DNA of 64,000 bases, from NCBI GenBank assembly GCA_003533505.1, contig DQGD01000004.1, positions 3,933 to 67,932 on the forward strand, written 5' to 3'. The notes under the pieces were generated by a model that saw only the letters and a list, made by a program, of their open reading frames with translations, was not told the DNA's origin and ran no database searches. Positions 9,838 through 18,893 of this stretch are shown here, one piece after another; position 1 is the first letter of the stretch; each line of letters starts with the position of its first letter. The DNA is from Clostridiales bacterium (lineage in GTDB: Bacteria; Bacillota; Clostridia; Christensenellales; Pumilibacteraceae). The translations under genes were made by a program, and so were the position numbers.

Positions 9838-11325
9838 TTGGATTTTATCAGCACGAGAAACGCCGGGCGCGTCGTCGGCGGCGCGCAGGCGGTAGTAAAA
9901 GGATTATCGGATGAGGGCGGTCTTTTCGTACCCGCCCTCTTTCCCGTCTTCGCAAAAGAGGAAATCGCGGCGATGGCGGAGCTCGACTACGCGAGTCGAG
10001 CCGCGCTCGTCATCGGCAAATTTTTGCCGGAACTTAGAGAACTTTCCTCGTATACCGAAAAGGCATATTCTCGCTTTGACGGCGACCCGGCACCCGTCGT
10101 GAAAATCGACGAGGGCTTGTTTATGCTGGAGCTGTGGCACGGTCCAACGCACGCGTTCAAGGACGTCGCGCTCACGCTGCTGCCCTATCTTTTGACGGGA
10201 AGCAAGGCGGTGACGGGCGAGAACAGTCGCACGCTTATCTTGGTCGCGACGAGCGGCGACACCGGCAAAGCCGCGCTTGAGGGCTTTCGCGACGTGCCCG
10301 GCGCAGACGTGATAGTTTTCTATCCCTCGGGCGGCGTGAGCGAGCTGCAAAAGCTGCAAATGACCACGCAAAAAGGCGACAACGTGTACGTCGCGGCGAT
10401 AGAGGGCAACTTCGACGACGCGCAGACGGCTGTCAAGAAGATTTTTACCGACAAGGAAGCCGAGGCAAAACTTGCGAAGCTCGGCTTTAAGCTAAGCAGC
10501 GCGAATTCGATGAACTTCGGCAGGCTCGTTCCGCAAATCGCGTATTATTTTTCGTCCTACGTCGACCTCGCCGAGTCGGGCGAAATCGAGTACGGCGACG
10601 AAGTGAATTTCTGCGTTCCCAGCGGAAACTTCGGCAACATTCTCGCAGGCTACTACGCAAAGAAAATGGGCTTACCGGTGGGCAGGCTGATTTGCGCTTC
10701 AAACCGCAACAATGTCCTCACCGACTTTATCGGCAGCGGAAAGTACGCCGCGCGTCGCAAGTTCTACAAGACAACCAGCCCCTCTATGGACATTCTCGTC
10801 AGCTCTAACCTCGAACGGCTGGTGTTCGAGCTTTCCGGCAGAAACGACAAGCTCACCGCCGAGCGCATGCGCAGCCTGCTTGACACGGGAACGTACTCGA
10901 TAAGCGCAGCCGAGCTCGACGAAATGAAGAAAACCTTTTGGGCGGCGTGGGCGAGCGAGAAAGAAGTCGCGGATACTATTGCGGACTCGTTCGACGAGGA
11001 CGGATACATTATGGACACTCACACCGCCGTCGCCAGGTGCGTTGCGGACAAGTACTACCTCGAAAACGAGGACGACCGCCCCGTAGTCGTGGTTTCCACC
11101 GCCAGCCCGTACAAGTTCGCTTCCGACGTGTACCGCGCAATCGGCGGCAAGCCGAGCCCCGACCCGTTCAAGACGATAGAGCTGATGGAGGAGGAAACCG
11201 CGCTCCCCGTGCCCGACTCGATAGCCGAGCTTAAAACGCTGAAAAAACGCTTTTCGGACGTAATCGCGCCCGAGGATGCCGAAGCCGCGGTCATCGGCTA
11301 TGCCGAAAAAGCGAAGAGGAAATAG
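9838..11325 (+). CDS. thrC: Threonine synthase (long form)
   Basis: The track ORF 9493..11325 overlaps the upstream gene over its first 97 codons. An in-frame TTG at 9838 gives (M)DFISTRNAG..., a typical ThrC N-terminus of about 495 aa. The PLP-lysine context HGPTHAFKD is present. The start codon choice is uncertain (GTG at 9811 is also possible). Confidence 0.85.
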   Translation: MDFISTRNAGRVVGGAQAVVKGLSDEGGLFVPALFPVFAKEEIAAMAELDYASRAALVIGKFLPELRELSSYTEKAYSRFDGDPAPVVKIDEGLFMLELWHGPTHAFKDVALTLLPYLLTGSKAVTGENSRTLILVATSGDTGKAALEGFRDVPGADVIVFYPSGGVSELQKLQMTTQKGDNVYVAAIEGNFDDAQTAVKKIFTDKEAEAKLAKLGFKLSSANSMNFGRLVPQIAYYFSSYVDLAESGEIEYGDEVNFCVPSGNFGNILAGYYAKKMGLPVGRLICASNRNNVLTDFIGSGKYAARRKFYKTTSPSMDILVSSNLERLVFELSGRNDKLTAERMRSLLDTGTYSISAAELDEMKKTFWAAWASEKEVADTIADSFDEDGYIMDTHTAVARCVADKYYLENEDDRPVVVVSTASPYKFASDVYRAIGGKPSPDPFKTIELMEEETALPVPDSIAELKTLKKRFSDVIAPEDAEAAVIGYAEKAKRK

Positions 11326-11328
11326 AAA

Positions 11329-12201
11329 ATGTACGGTTACGTCACGCCCGTTAAGGATAAACTGAGAAAGCAGGACTATGTGCTGTTCCGCGCGTTTTAC
11401 TGCGGCGTGTGCGTGGAAACGGGCAAAGCTTTCGGCTCGCTCGCGCGGTACGCGACTTCCTACGACGCGGCTTTTCTTGCGGCGCTCGTGCACGACGCGG
11501 CGAATCAGACCGTCGAGTTCGAGGTGTCGGGCTGCGTCGGCAATCCGTTTACCAAAAAAGCGATGGTAAAGCACAATCCGCTTTTGGAGCGAGTGGCGGC
11601 AGCCAACGTTTTGCTCGCCTACTACAAGCTTCTCGACGACGTAATCGACGGCGGAGGCGCGAAAAAGCGCGTCGCATGCCGCGCTATCAGAAAGCCGTAC
11701 CTTAAAGCCAAGGCGCTTTTGCCGAAAGTCGACGCGATTATCGCCGCGCGGTACGACGAACTGCGCGAAAAGGAGAAAAGCGGCGAAAAGAGCGTGGACA
11801 GAGCCGCCGATTCGTTCGCCTGCATGCTCCGCGAAACGGTAAACGCGATTATGGACGGCAAAACGGATGACAATCTCGGCGGACTGTGCTATAATATCGG
11901 CAAGTTCGTGTACCTTATCGACGCGCTGGACGACGTTGCCGACGACGCGAAATCGGGCAATTACAATCCGTTTATCGCGGCTTACGGCGACTTTACGGGG
12001 CGCAGGGAGTTTTTTGAGGCTCACGCAGCCGACATCGGCTTTATAATAAACTCCACCGTCAACCGCGCGATAGAGTGCTTTAACGGAATGAGATTTACGC
12101 AGAGCTATACGCTTCTTAAAAACGTCGTTTACGACGGACTGAGGAGCAAAGCTGTCGAAGTGCTGGGAGCGGACAAGAAAATTCCCAAGCCCAAAATATA
12201 A
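11329..12201 (+). CDS. DUF5685-like protein (CxxC plus two DDxxD motifs)
   Basis: 290 aa. The N-terminus MYGYVTPVKDKLRKQDYVLFRAFYCGVC resembles what I recall of DUF5685. LLDDVID lies at residues 101-107 and LDDVADD at 200-206. Confidence 0.55.
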   Translation: MYGYVTPVKDKLRKQDYVLFRAFYCGVCVETGKAFGSLARYATSYDAAFLAALVHDAANQTVEFEVSGCVGNPFTKKAMVKHNPLLERVAAANVLLAYYKLLDDVIDGGGAKKRVACRAIRKPYLKAKALLPKVDAIIAARYDELREKEKSGEKSVDRAADSFACMLRETVNAIMDGKTDDNLGGLCYNIGKFVYLIDALDDVADDAKSGNYNPFIAAYGDFTGRREFFEAHAADIGFIINSTVNRAIECFNGMRFTQSYTLLKNVVYDGLRSKAVEVLGADKKIPKPKI

Positions 12202-12244
12202 GAGAAACCGCGCGCCGGGCTTATGGACGCGCCGAGGAGTAAAG

Positions 12245-12856
12245 ATGAAAAATCCCTATGAGATTTTAGGACTAAGCGAAGAAGCCTCGTTCGACGAGCT
12301 TCAAAAACGCTATGAGGAGCTGAAAGCGGAGTACGGCGAGGGCAGGTTTCAGCCCGGAGAAGCCGGAAACGAGGCGGCAAGAAAGCTGAACGAGCTCGAA
12401 CAGGCGTGGTACGACATTCAGTCCAAGCGCGAAGCCGCCGAGGCGAAAAAAGAATCGGGCGGCAGCGATTTTGCCTACGTCGACAAACTGATTAAGGAGC
12501 AAAAGTACGACGAAGCTCAGACGGAGCTCGACGCCATGACCGTTCGCGAAGGCGAGTGGCATTATTTCCAGTCGATCGTGTACTACAAGCGCGAGTGGCT
12601 GACCGAGAGCAAAAAACAGCTCGAAGCCGCCGTCGAGTGCGACCCCGGCAATCAGAAGTACAAGACCGCGCTCGAAAAGCTTAATATAGTAATAGGAAAC
12701 GCGCAGACCGACCCGAGAACGCTGGGGAGTGATACGATAGCCGGCGGCGACGACCCAAACCTCGCCGCGCAGCAACAGGGCGACTTTCTGTCGAGCTGCT
12801 GTCTGGCGTACTGCCTCACCTCGCTGTGCTGCGACTGCACGCGCTGCTGCATGTAA
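12245..12856 (+). CDS. J-domain-like protein lacking the HPD tripeptide, with a TPR-like middle and a Cys-rich C-terminus
   Basis: 203 aa. NPYEILGLSEEASFDELQKRYEELKAEY is J-domain helix I/II-like, but no HPD occurs anywhere in the protein. The C-terminus is CCLAYCLTSLCCDCTRCCM (8 Cys in 19 residues). GAGGAG RBS. Confidence 0.6.
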   Translation: MKNPYEILGLSEEASFDELQKRYEELKAEYGEGRFQPGEAGNEAARKLNELEQAWYDIQSKREAAEAKKESGGSDFAYVDKLIKEQKYDEAQTELDAMTVREGEWHYFQSIVYYKREWLTESKKQLEAAVECDPGNQKYKTALEKLNIVIGNAQTDPRTLGSDTIAGGDDPNLAAQQQGDFLSSCCLAYCLTSLCCDCTRCCM

Positions 12857-13381
12857 ATGGAAAGGCGCGAGAGGACGCGGCGAATAACCTATTCCGCCGT
12901 AGCGACCGCAATAGCCGTAGTCGCGGTGCTTTTGTCGAATTACACGCCGATGCGAATCGTGCCGCTGATTTTCGCCTCGCTCGCGATTTACATCGCCTGC
13001 ATTAGGTGCGGCATTGTTTTCGGACTGATTACCGCCGCGGCGGCGGTGCTGATTGCTTTCGCGCTGGGCGGAGTGGGAACGACGTTTCTGTTTCTGTGCG
13101 TGGCGTTCGTGCCCTACGCGCTCGTCGCGTTTTTCATGCGCAAGCTGTCCTACCGAGTGGTATGGCAGGCGATAGTGCGCATTGCCGTGTCGGCGGCGCT
13201 GTTCGCCGGGGCGTTCACCGCAATGGCGTTTCTCACCGACTACGTTGCAGGCACCTCGTTGATGACTATTATAGAAAAAGTGGGCGTGGTGTGGGCGATA
13301 TTGCTCGTCACGCTCGCCGCGCTTCCCGTCGATTTGTTCTTTTCGTTCGGCGCGGAACGCATAGTCAAGCTGCTGAAATGA
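12857..13381 (+). CDS. Polytopic membrane protein, unknown function
   Basis: 174 aa with about 5 hydrophobic helices. Its ATG immediately follows the TAA of the J-like gene (TAAATG), suggesting translational coupling. Confidence 0.55.
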   Translation: MERRERTRRITYSAVATAIAVVAVLLSNYTPMRIVPLIFASLAIYIACIRCGIVFGLITAAAAVLIAFALGGVGTTFLFLCVAFVPYALVAFFMRKLSYRVVWQAIVRIAVSAALFAGAFTAMAFLTDYVAGTSLMTIIEKVGVVWAILLVTLAALPVDLFFSFGAERIVKLLK

Positions 13382-13462
13382 CGGATAACCTCACGAAAAT
13401 AGCGTAAAAAGCGCTATTTTTCTTTTAAATCGTTTTAAATCGGTTTTTATCGCGAAAAACGC

Positions 13463-13491
13463 TTGACAATCCGCTTGCGGTGTGTTAAAGT
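13463..13491 (+). promoter_or_regulatory. Putative sigma-A promoter for rpmG-secE-nusG
   Basis: TTGACA, 17 nt, TAAAGT, about 57 nt upstream of rpmG. Confidence 0.5.
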
Positions 13492-13547
13492 ATTATGGCA
13501 CCCCTCGAGAGAGGGTGTATTTTTGAGTTAGCATCAGGAGGCTCACT

Positions 13548-13709
13548 ATGGCAAATTCCGCGAGGAATAAGATTACGCTCGCATGCACCGAGTGCAAACA
13601 GCGCAATTACGACAATATGAAGAACAAGAAGAACGACCCCGACAGAATCGAGCTTAAGAAATACTGCAAGTTCTGCAAAAAGCACACCGTTCACAAGGAA
13701 ACGAAGTAA
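13548..13709 (+). CDS. rpmG: 50S ribosomal protein L33
   Basis: Not in the ORF track because it is under 60 aa. Hand translation gives [53 protein letters not shown], with the two Cys pairs of L33. AGGAGG RBS. Lies upstream of secE-nusG. Confidence 0.9.
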   Translation: MANSARNKITLACTECKQRNYDNMKNKKNDPDRIELKKYCKFCKKHTVHKETK

Positions 13710-13750
13710 TCGTCGCACGTTTTTCGTATTTCTTTTAAGGAGAATCGACA

Positions 13751-14068
13751 ATGGCAAAGGATAATAATTCCGCAGCAAAGCCGAATAAAGAAAAGAAAAA
13801 GCGCGGCAACGTTTTCAAGGAAACGTTTTCCGAGCTGAAAAAGGTCACCTGGCCGTCCTTTTCTACCGTCGTCAAGCAGACGGGCATAGTTTTAGCTGTC
13901 GTGCTGATATTCCTCGTAGTGCTCATGTGCTTCGACCAGCTTCTCGGCTGGCTGTACAAGCTTCTCGTAAAGGGGCTCGAGTCCGGCACCACGGACGCGA
14001 CTTCCGCGCTCGTTTCGGGCATAGCGGGGCTTACGAATAGCGGAGCGGGGTTGCCTCTATGGGTATAG
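13751..14068 (+). CDS. secE: Preprotein translocase subunit SecE
   Basis: 105 aa. Basic N-terminus, then ELKKVTWPS followed by a single TM helix. Canonical position between rpmG and nusG, overlapping nusG by 10 nt. Confidence 0.8.
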   Translation: MAKDNNSAAKPNKEKKKRGNVFKETFSELKKVTWPSFSTVVKQTGIVLAVVLIFLVVLMCFDQLLGWLYKLLVKGLESGTTDATSALVSGIAGLTNSGAGLPLWV

Positions 14069-14601
14069 AAAACGCTAAGTGGTACGTCCTTCACACCTAT
14101 TCCGGCTATGAGAATATGGTCAAGGAAAACCTTGTGCTCGTATTCAAGAAGAACGACCTTCTCGACAAGCTGTTCGAGATTTCCATTCCGATGGAGGACG
14201 TCGTAGAGGAGAAGAACGGCAAGCGCAAAATCGTTCAGCGCCGCATGATGCCCTGCTACGTTTTCGTCAAGATGGACTATAACAACGACATGTGGCACAT
14301 CGTCACCAACACTCGCGGCGTCACCGGCTTCGTGGGACCGAAAGGTTATCCGCTTCCGCTCACCGACGAGGAGGTCAAGCGCATGCACCTCGAGCGTCCG
14401 GCAGTCGTCGCCACCGACTTTGAAATCGGTCAGTCCGTCAAGGTCACGGCAGGCGCGCTCGAAGGCTTTATCGGAACTATCGACGCTCTCGACGCGGCGG
14501 CGGGCAAGTGCAAAGTCACCGTCAGCATGTTCGGTCGTATGACTCCCGTCGAGCTCGAGCTTTATCAGATTGAGCCTGCGGACGTCGTAAACGAGGACTA
14601 G
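14059..14601 (+). CDS. nusG: Transcription termination/antitermination factor NusG
   Basis: 180 aa. KWYVLHTYSGYENMVKENL is the NGN domain and a C-terminal KOW motif is present. Confidence 0.9.
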   Translation: MGIENAKWYVLHTYSGYENMVKENLVLVFKKNDLLDKLFEISIPMEDVVEEKNGKRKIVQRRMMPCYVFVKMDYNNDMWHIVTNTRGVTGFVGPKGYPLPLTDEEVKRMHLERPAVVATDFEIGQSVKVTAGALEGFIGTIDALDAAAGKCKVTVSMFGRMTPVELELYQIEPADVVNED

Positions 14602-14728
14602 TTAAGAGTCGATTCGGGCAACCGAAGAAAAACCAATCAAGTTATATAGTTCGGGAGAGCGCGCTCGTCGCGTTCGTTATCACCGCGATTGTATAAATTA
14701 CTAAATTTATTACAAGGAGAAACGCACA

Positions 14729-15154
14729 ATGGCAAAGAAGCTTCAAGCAGTCGTCAAACTGCAGCTGCCTGCCGGAAAAGCGACCCCGGGCCCCCCTGTA
14801 GGTTCGTCCCTCGGTCCTCACGGCATCAACATTCCCGGTTTTACCAAGGAATTCAATGAAAAGACCAGAGGTCAGGAAGGACTTATTATCCCAGTCGTAA
14901 TCAGCATTTACGCCGACAGGTCCTTCACCTTTATCCTCAAGACCCCTCCGGCGCCCGTCCTCATCAAGAAGGCTTGCGGCATCGAGAGCGGCTCGGCTAA
15001 GCCCAACAAGGATAAAGTCGCTAAAATCACCAAGGAGCAGGTCAAGGAAATCGCTACCTTGAAGATGCCCGACCTCAACGCAGCCTCCCTCGAGAGCGCA
15101 ATGAGCATGATTGCCGGCACGGCGCGCAGCATGGGCGTCGTCGTCGAGGACTAA
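14729..15154 (+). CDS. rplK: 50S ribosomal protein L11
   Basis: 141 aa. [25 protein letters not shown] is the canonical L11 N-terminus. Confidence 0.95.
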   Translation: MAKKLQAVVKLQLPAGKATPGPPVGSSLGPHGINIPGFTKEFNEKTRGQEGLIIPVVISIYADRSFTFILKTPPAPVLIKKACGIESGSAKPNKDKVAKITKEQVKEIATLKMPDLNAASLESAMSMIAGTARSMGVVVED

Positions 15155-15166
15155 CGGGGGTGCGCT

Positions 15167-15853
15167 ATGAAATACGGTAAGAAATACTCCGACAGCATCA
15201 AGGCTGTAGACGTATCCAAGTACTACGAAGTAAACGAGGCGGTCAAGAACGTTCTTTCCACCGCTAAGGCGAACTTCGACGAAACCATCGAGCTTCACGT
15301 TCGTTTGGGCGTAGACCCCCGTCAGGCAGACCAGCAGGTCCGCGGTACCGTTATTCTTCCCAACGGCACCGGCAAGACCGTGAAAGTGCTCGTCATCGCT
15401 CGCGGCGACAAAGCCGAAGCCGCTCTTAAAGCAGGTGCGGACATCGTGGGAGCAGAGGACATCATCGCGAAAATCCAGACGCAGAATTTCCTCGACTTCG
15501 ACGTGGTTATCACCACTCCCGATATGATGGGTCAGCTCGGCAGAGTCGCTAAGATTCTCGGTCCTAAGGGCTTGATGCCGTCTCCCAAGAGCGGAACCGT
15601 CACGATGGACGTAGTCAAGGCAATCAACGAAACCAAAGCCGGCAAGGTCGAGTACCGCGTCGACAAGACCGCTATCATTCACTGCCCGATTGGCAAAAAG
15701 TCTTTCGGCGAAGAGAAGATTGCGGAGAACTTCACCACGCTTATGGACGCTATTGTCAAGGCTAAGCCTGCCGCCGCAAAGGGCATTTACGTTAAAAGCG
15801 TAACGCTCGCCAGCACGATGGGCCCCGGCGTCAAGGTAGCTTACAGAGCATAA
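15167..15853 (+). CDS. rplA: 50S ribosomal protein L1
   Basis: 228 aa, including [27 protein letters not shown]. Confidence 0.95.
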   Translation: MKYGKKYSDSIKAVDVSKYYEVNEAVKNVLSTAKANFDETIELHVRLGVDPRQADQQVRGTVILPNGTGKTVKVLVIARGDKAEAALKAGADIVGAEDIIAKIQTQNFLDFDVVITTPDMMGQLGRVAKILGPKGLMPSPKSGTVTMDVVKAINETKAGKVEYRVDKTAIIHCPIGKKSFGEEKIAENFTTLMDAIVKAKPAAAKGIYVKSVTLASTMGPGVKVAYRA

Positions 15854-15856
15854 CAA

Positions 15857-16036
15857 GTAAATAGTCTTCCTGCCATAGACAGCAAGCGCGAAAGCTTAAA
15901 CCGAAAAAAGGACTTGCCGAGGTAACGGAATTCATAAGAACGCGCGAGAAAACGCGCTGTGACTTACGAAATCAATCCGATTGCCTCGCGCTTGGCAGTC
16001 GGATTTGTTTTTATAATCTTTAAAGGAGGTTTAGTA
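15857..16036 (+). promoter_or_regulatory. Ribosomal protein L10 leader-like region with attenuator hairpin
   Basis: 180-nt untranslated gap before rplJ. The hairpin AATCCGATTGCC/GGCAGTCGGATT at 15974-16005 is followed by a T-rich tract ending at 16012. Its position matches the L10(L12) autoregulatory leader of Firmicutes. No covariance-model check was done. Confidence 0.45.
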
Positions 16037-16531
16037 ATGTCAGCTGAATCCATCAAACTCAAAGAACAACAGGTAGCCGAATATGCCGAGAAATTCGGCA
16101 AGGCTAAGTCCGTCGTTCTCGTCGATTATCGCGGACTCACCGTTGCCGAGGACACTGCTATGCGTAACGAAATGCGCAAAGCCGGCGTCGAGTACAAGGT
16201 CGTCAAAAACCGTCTTATGGCTCGCGCCTTCGCCGCCGCAGGCATTCCCGGATTCGATGTCATCGAGGGTCCTACCGCCGTTGCCGTTTCCTATGACGAC
16301 GCGGTCGCACCCAGCAAAATCGTCGTGGACACCGTTAAAAAGACCAACGACAAAATCGCCGTAAAGGGCGGCGTAGTCGAAGGCAAGGTCATGGACGCAA
16401 ACGGAATCAAAACCGTCGCGACCATTCCCGCAAAGCCCGTTCTCGTGGCTCAACTTCTCGGCATGCTGCAATCGCCGCTCCGCGGACTCGCAGTCGCGCT
16501 CTCCGAGATTGCAAAGAAAAAAGAAGCGTAA
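16037..16531 (+). CDS. rplJ: 50S ribosomal protein L10
   Basis: An internal ATG with an AAAGGAGG RBS gives MSAESIKLKEQQVAEYAEKF, 164 aa. The upstream 26 codons of the track ORF fall in the leader. Confidence 0.9.
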   Translation: MSAESIKLKEQQVAEYAEKFGKAKSVVLVDYRGLTVAEDTAMRNEMRKAGVEYKVVKNRLMARAFAAAGIPGFDVIEGPTAVAVSYDDAVAPSKIVVDTVKKTNDKIAVKGGVVEGKVMDANGIKTVATIPAKPVLVAQLLGMLQSPLRGLAVALSEIAKKKEA

Positions 16532-16581
16532 ACAATTTCAAAATTATTATTATTTAATTTCAAAAAGGAGATTTAATTACA

Positions 16582-16959
16582 ATGGCTGATTTGACCAAAC
16601 TTATGGAAGAAATCAAAGGTATGTCCGTACTCGAGCTTAACGACTTCGTTAAGGCTCTCGAGGAAGAATTCGGCGTTTCCGCCGCAGCTATGGCTGTCGC
16701 GGCTCCGGCTGCAGGCGCAGGCGAGGCTGCTCCGGCTGCTGAAGAGCAGACCGAATTCACCGTCGTATTGAAAGAAATCGGCGGCAACAAAATCGCCGTC
16801 ATCAAGGCTGTCCGCGAAATCACCGGTCTCGGTCTTGGCGACGCTAAGGCTCTCGTCGAAGGCGCTCCCTCCAACGTTAAGGAAGGCGTGTCCAAGGACG
16901 CTGCCAACGAAATCGCTACCAAGCTTAAGGAAGCCGGCGCTACCGTCGAGCTTAAGTAA
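16582..16959 (+). CDS. rplL: 50S ribosomal protein L7/L12
   Basis: 125 aa with an Ala-rich hinge and [20 protein letters not shown]. Confidence 0.95.
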   Translation: MADLTKLMEEIKGMSVLELNDFVKALEEEFGVSAAAMAVAAPAAGAGEAAPAAEEQTEFTVVLKEIGGNKIAVIKAVREITGLGLGDAKALVEGAPSNVKEGVSKDAANEIATKLKEAGATVELK

Positions 16960-16984
16960 GCTTAGCGAAATCATAGCAAAAGAA

Positions 16985-17016
16985 AACGGAACGCATAACC
17001 GCGCTCCGTTTTTTTG
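16985..17016 (+). terminator. Intrinsic terminator after rplL
   Basis: AACGGAACGC/GCGCTCCGTT stem (1 mismatch) followed by a T-run (17009-17016). Confidence 0.6.
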
Positions 17017-17153
17017 TGCCGTTTTATAAATTTCGGCTGTTGTCTGTCAAAATTCGGCTTGTTTTTTGGAAAGGTATTGCGCGCCTGCGCGTAATGTGAT
17101 AAAATGAACGTGACAGACATGGTACGGACTCATACTTAAAACGGAGGAAAATA

Positions 17154-18689
17154 ATGATTAAAAAGCGTATTTTATCGATTGCGGCGGCTGCGGCTCTTAT
17201 TTTTACGGCGTTAATCGGCTTCGTCGGCGCGCCGGCTAAAGCCGAAGAAGCCGTTAAACCGATTGACATGTATCTCATCGGCGGACAGAGTAACGCCGCA
17301 GGGTATTCGCTTGCGAGCAAGGGCAACGTCGACGGTTCGTTTTCTAACGTAATGTACGCAGGCGAGGTTGATAAGCGGCTTGACGGTACGAGCGTGGGCA
17401 GCGGCAGCAACCTTTACTCTTATGCGACGTATAAAAAAGCCGTTACCGTCGGTTGCGGCGTTCGCAACGGATACATCGGACCCGAGTTCGGCATGGCTAA
17501 AACCCTTAATTCGTATTATTCGGGCGACAAAAAGGCTATAATATTCAAGTCGGCTGCCGGCGGTACGGCTCTTCAGAACAAAAACAGCGGTCTTAGCGCG
17601 ACTTACGGGAATTGGTATCCGCGCTCGATGTGGAAGACCGGCTTCACGCCCGACGCAAGCGTTTCGCCTACCGGCGTGCAGTACAAAAACTTTGTCGACA
17701 ATTTCAGGCAGGTTTACAACACGCTGAAGATGAACGGTTACGAGCCAAAGGTCAAAGGCATGGTGTGGATGCAGGGCGAGGACGACCTCGGCTCGGCTTC
17801 GGCGTACAAGCCGCTGATAGAAGCGTTTATATCGGATGTGCGCGAAGACATTGCGGAGATAACCTGTGACCGCGACAACGAGGTTATGCCGTTCGTAATC
17901 GGCGAAATCGCGACGACGTTTGCGGTTTACAACAATCCGAACGTACCCGATTTCAATAAAATGCAGCGCGAAGTAGCCGCCGAAACGGCAGGCGTCTACA
18001 CGGCGCCGACCGACGACCTGATTATAGTCGGAGCAAACGGCGTTGAGGGCACCGACCTATACCATTTCAGCGGCACGGACATGGTGACGCTGGGCGAACG
18101 CTTTGCCGAAAAACTGATTGCGGCTACCGACGAAACGTTGGTTTCGCTGACCGTGTCAGGAAAGAAAGGCAACGCTGTTTACAAGTTTTCGGACGACAAA
18201 AGCAAAGTAACGATTACGTTGAAACCCGAAAAGAATTACAAGGCTTCCTCCGTTCTCGTCAACGGCGTCGAATTCGTCGACAAAGTACAGGACAACGAGC
18301 TGACGTTCGACGTCGGCGACGAAAAACGCATTGCCGTCAAGGTGAAGTTCGGCAAAAAATCCGCGCTTGCCGTTACGGTAGAATGCGGCGAGGGCGGCAG
18401 AGCCGAAGCCGAAACACCCGTGTACGAGGGCGACAGGATTGTCGTCACCGTCAAGCCCGACGCAGGCTACAAAGTCAAATCCGTGAGTATCGACGGCGTC
18501 GAACTCGCGCTTAACGCCGAAACGGGCAAGTACGAAAGCGAGCCCGTCACGACCGCTTCCACCGTTAAGGTGGAGTTCGAGCGCGAAACCGTCGCGGACG
18601 ACGGTAAAAGCGGTTGCGGCGGTAAAAACGCCGCGCTCGCGATAGGCGTCGCGCTTGCAGTAGCCGCACTCGCGCTTAAACGCGGCTGA
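17154..18689 (+). CDS. Secreted SGNH-type carbohydrate esterase (sialate O-acetylesterase-like) with Ig-like repeats and a C-terminal membrane anchor
   Basis: 511 aa. Signal peptide, then YLIGGQSNAAG (the catalytic Ser block of the sialate-O-acetylesterase/DUF303 type). Two similar beta-rich segments follow (VTITLKPEKNYKASSVLVNG / VVTVKPDAGYKVKSVSIDG). The tail is SGCGGKNAALAIGVALAVAALALKRG. Confidence 0.6.
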   Translation: MIKKRILSIAAAAALIFTALIGFVGAPAKAEEAVKPIDMYLIGGQSNAAGYSLASKGNVDGSFSNVMYAGEVDKRLDGTSVGSGSNLYSYATYKKAVTVGCGVRNGYIGPEFGMAKTLNSYYSGDKKAIIFKSAAGGTALQNKNSGLSATYGNWYPRSMWKTGFTPDASVSPTGVQYKNFVDNFRQVYNTLKMNGYEPKVKGMVWMQGEDDLGSASAYKPLIEAFISDVREDIAEITCDRDNEVMPFVIGEIATTFAVYNNPNVPDFNKMQREVAAETAGVYTAPTDDLIIVGANGVEGTDLYHFSGTDMVTLGERFAEKLIAATDETLVSLTVSGKKGNAVYKFSDDKSKVTITLKPEKNYKASSVLVNGVEFVDKVQDNELTFDVGDEKRIAVKVKFGKKSALAVTVECGEGGRAEAETPVYEGDRIVVTVKPDAGYKVKSVSIDGVELALNAETGKYESEPVTTASTVKVEFERETVADDGKSGCGGKNAALAIGVALAVAALALKRG

Positions 18690-18719
18690 CGGCTGTTATA
18701 CGATTGTATCATATTTTAA

Positions 18720-18818
18720 GGAAGTAATCGCCCCATGCCGGGGATTTCACAAAGCAGTCGAGCATTTTTTGCTCGACTGCTTTTCTCATTGACGAGAAAA
18801 ATCGGAGGCTGCGCGTTT
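18720..18818 (-). repeat. Family-1 structured intergenic element, copy 1
   Basis: Minus-strand read: AAACGCGCAGCCTCCGATTTTTCTCGTCAATGAGAAAA, hairpin (GCAGTCGAGC/GCTCGACTGC), then TTTGTGAAATCCCCGGCATGGGGCGATTAC. It aligns with the other four copies. Confidence 0.75.
18751..18786. terminator. Hairpin plus T-run after the esterase gene (also the variable helix of repeat copy 18720-18818)
   Basis: GCAGTCGAGC / GCTCGACTGC perfect 10-bp stem, flanked by AAA and TTTT. Confidence 0.55.
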
Positions 18819-18833
18819 GATTTAAATTGACAA

Positions 18834-18893
18834 AACAATCCCTCCGTCATTTTCTAACGAAAATGCCCCCTTCCTTATGCTACACAGGGAGGC
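18834..18893 (-). repeat. Family-2 structured element, copy 1
   Basis: Contains a 34-nt core, AACAATCCCTCCGTCATTTTCTAACGAAAATGCC, identical to 61188-61221. Includes the hairpin CATTTTC-TAAC-GAAAATG. Confidence 0.75.

Noticed and set aside
10699-12024. 441-aa minus-strand ORF antisense to thrC/DUF5685
   Set aside because: It spans two plus-strand genes and their junction and has an Arg/Val/Ala-rich composition, so it is a shadow ORF.
14642-15856. 404-aa minus-strand ORF antisense to rplK-rplA
   Set aside because: The opposite strand encodes canonical L11 and L1, so this is a shadow ORF.
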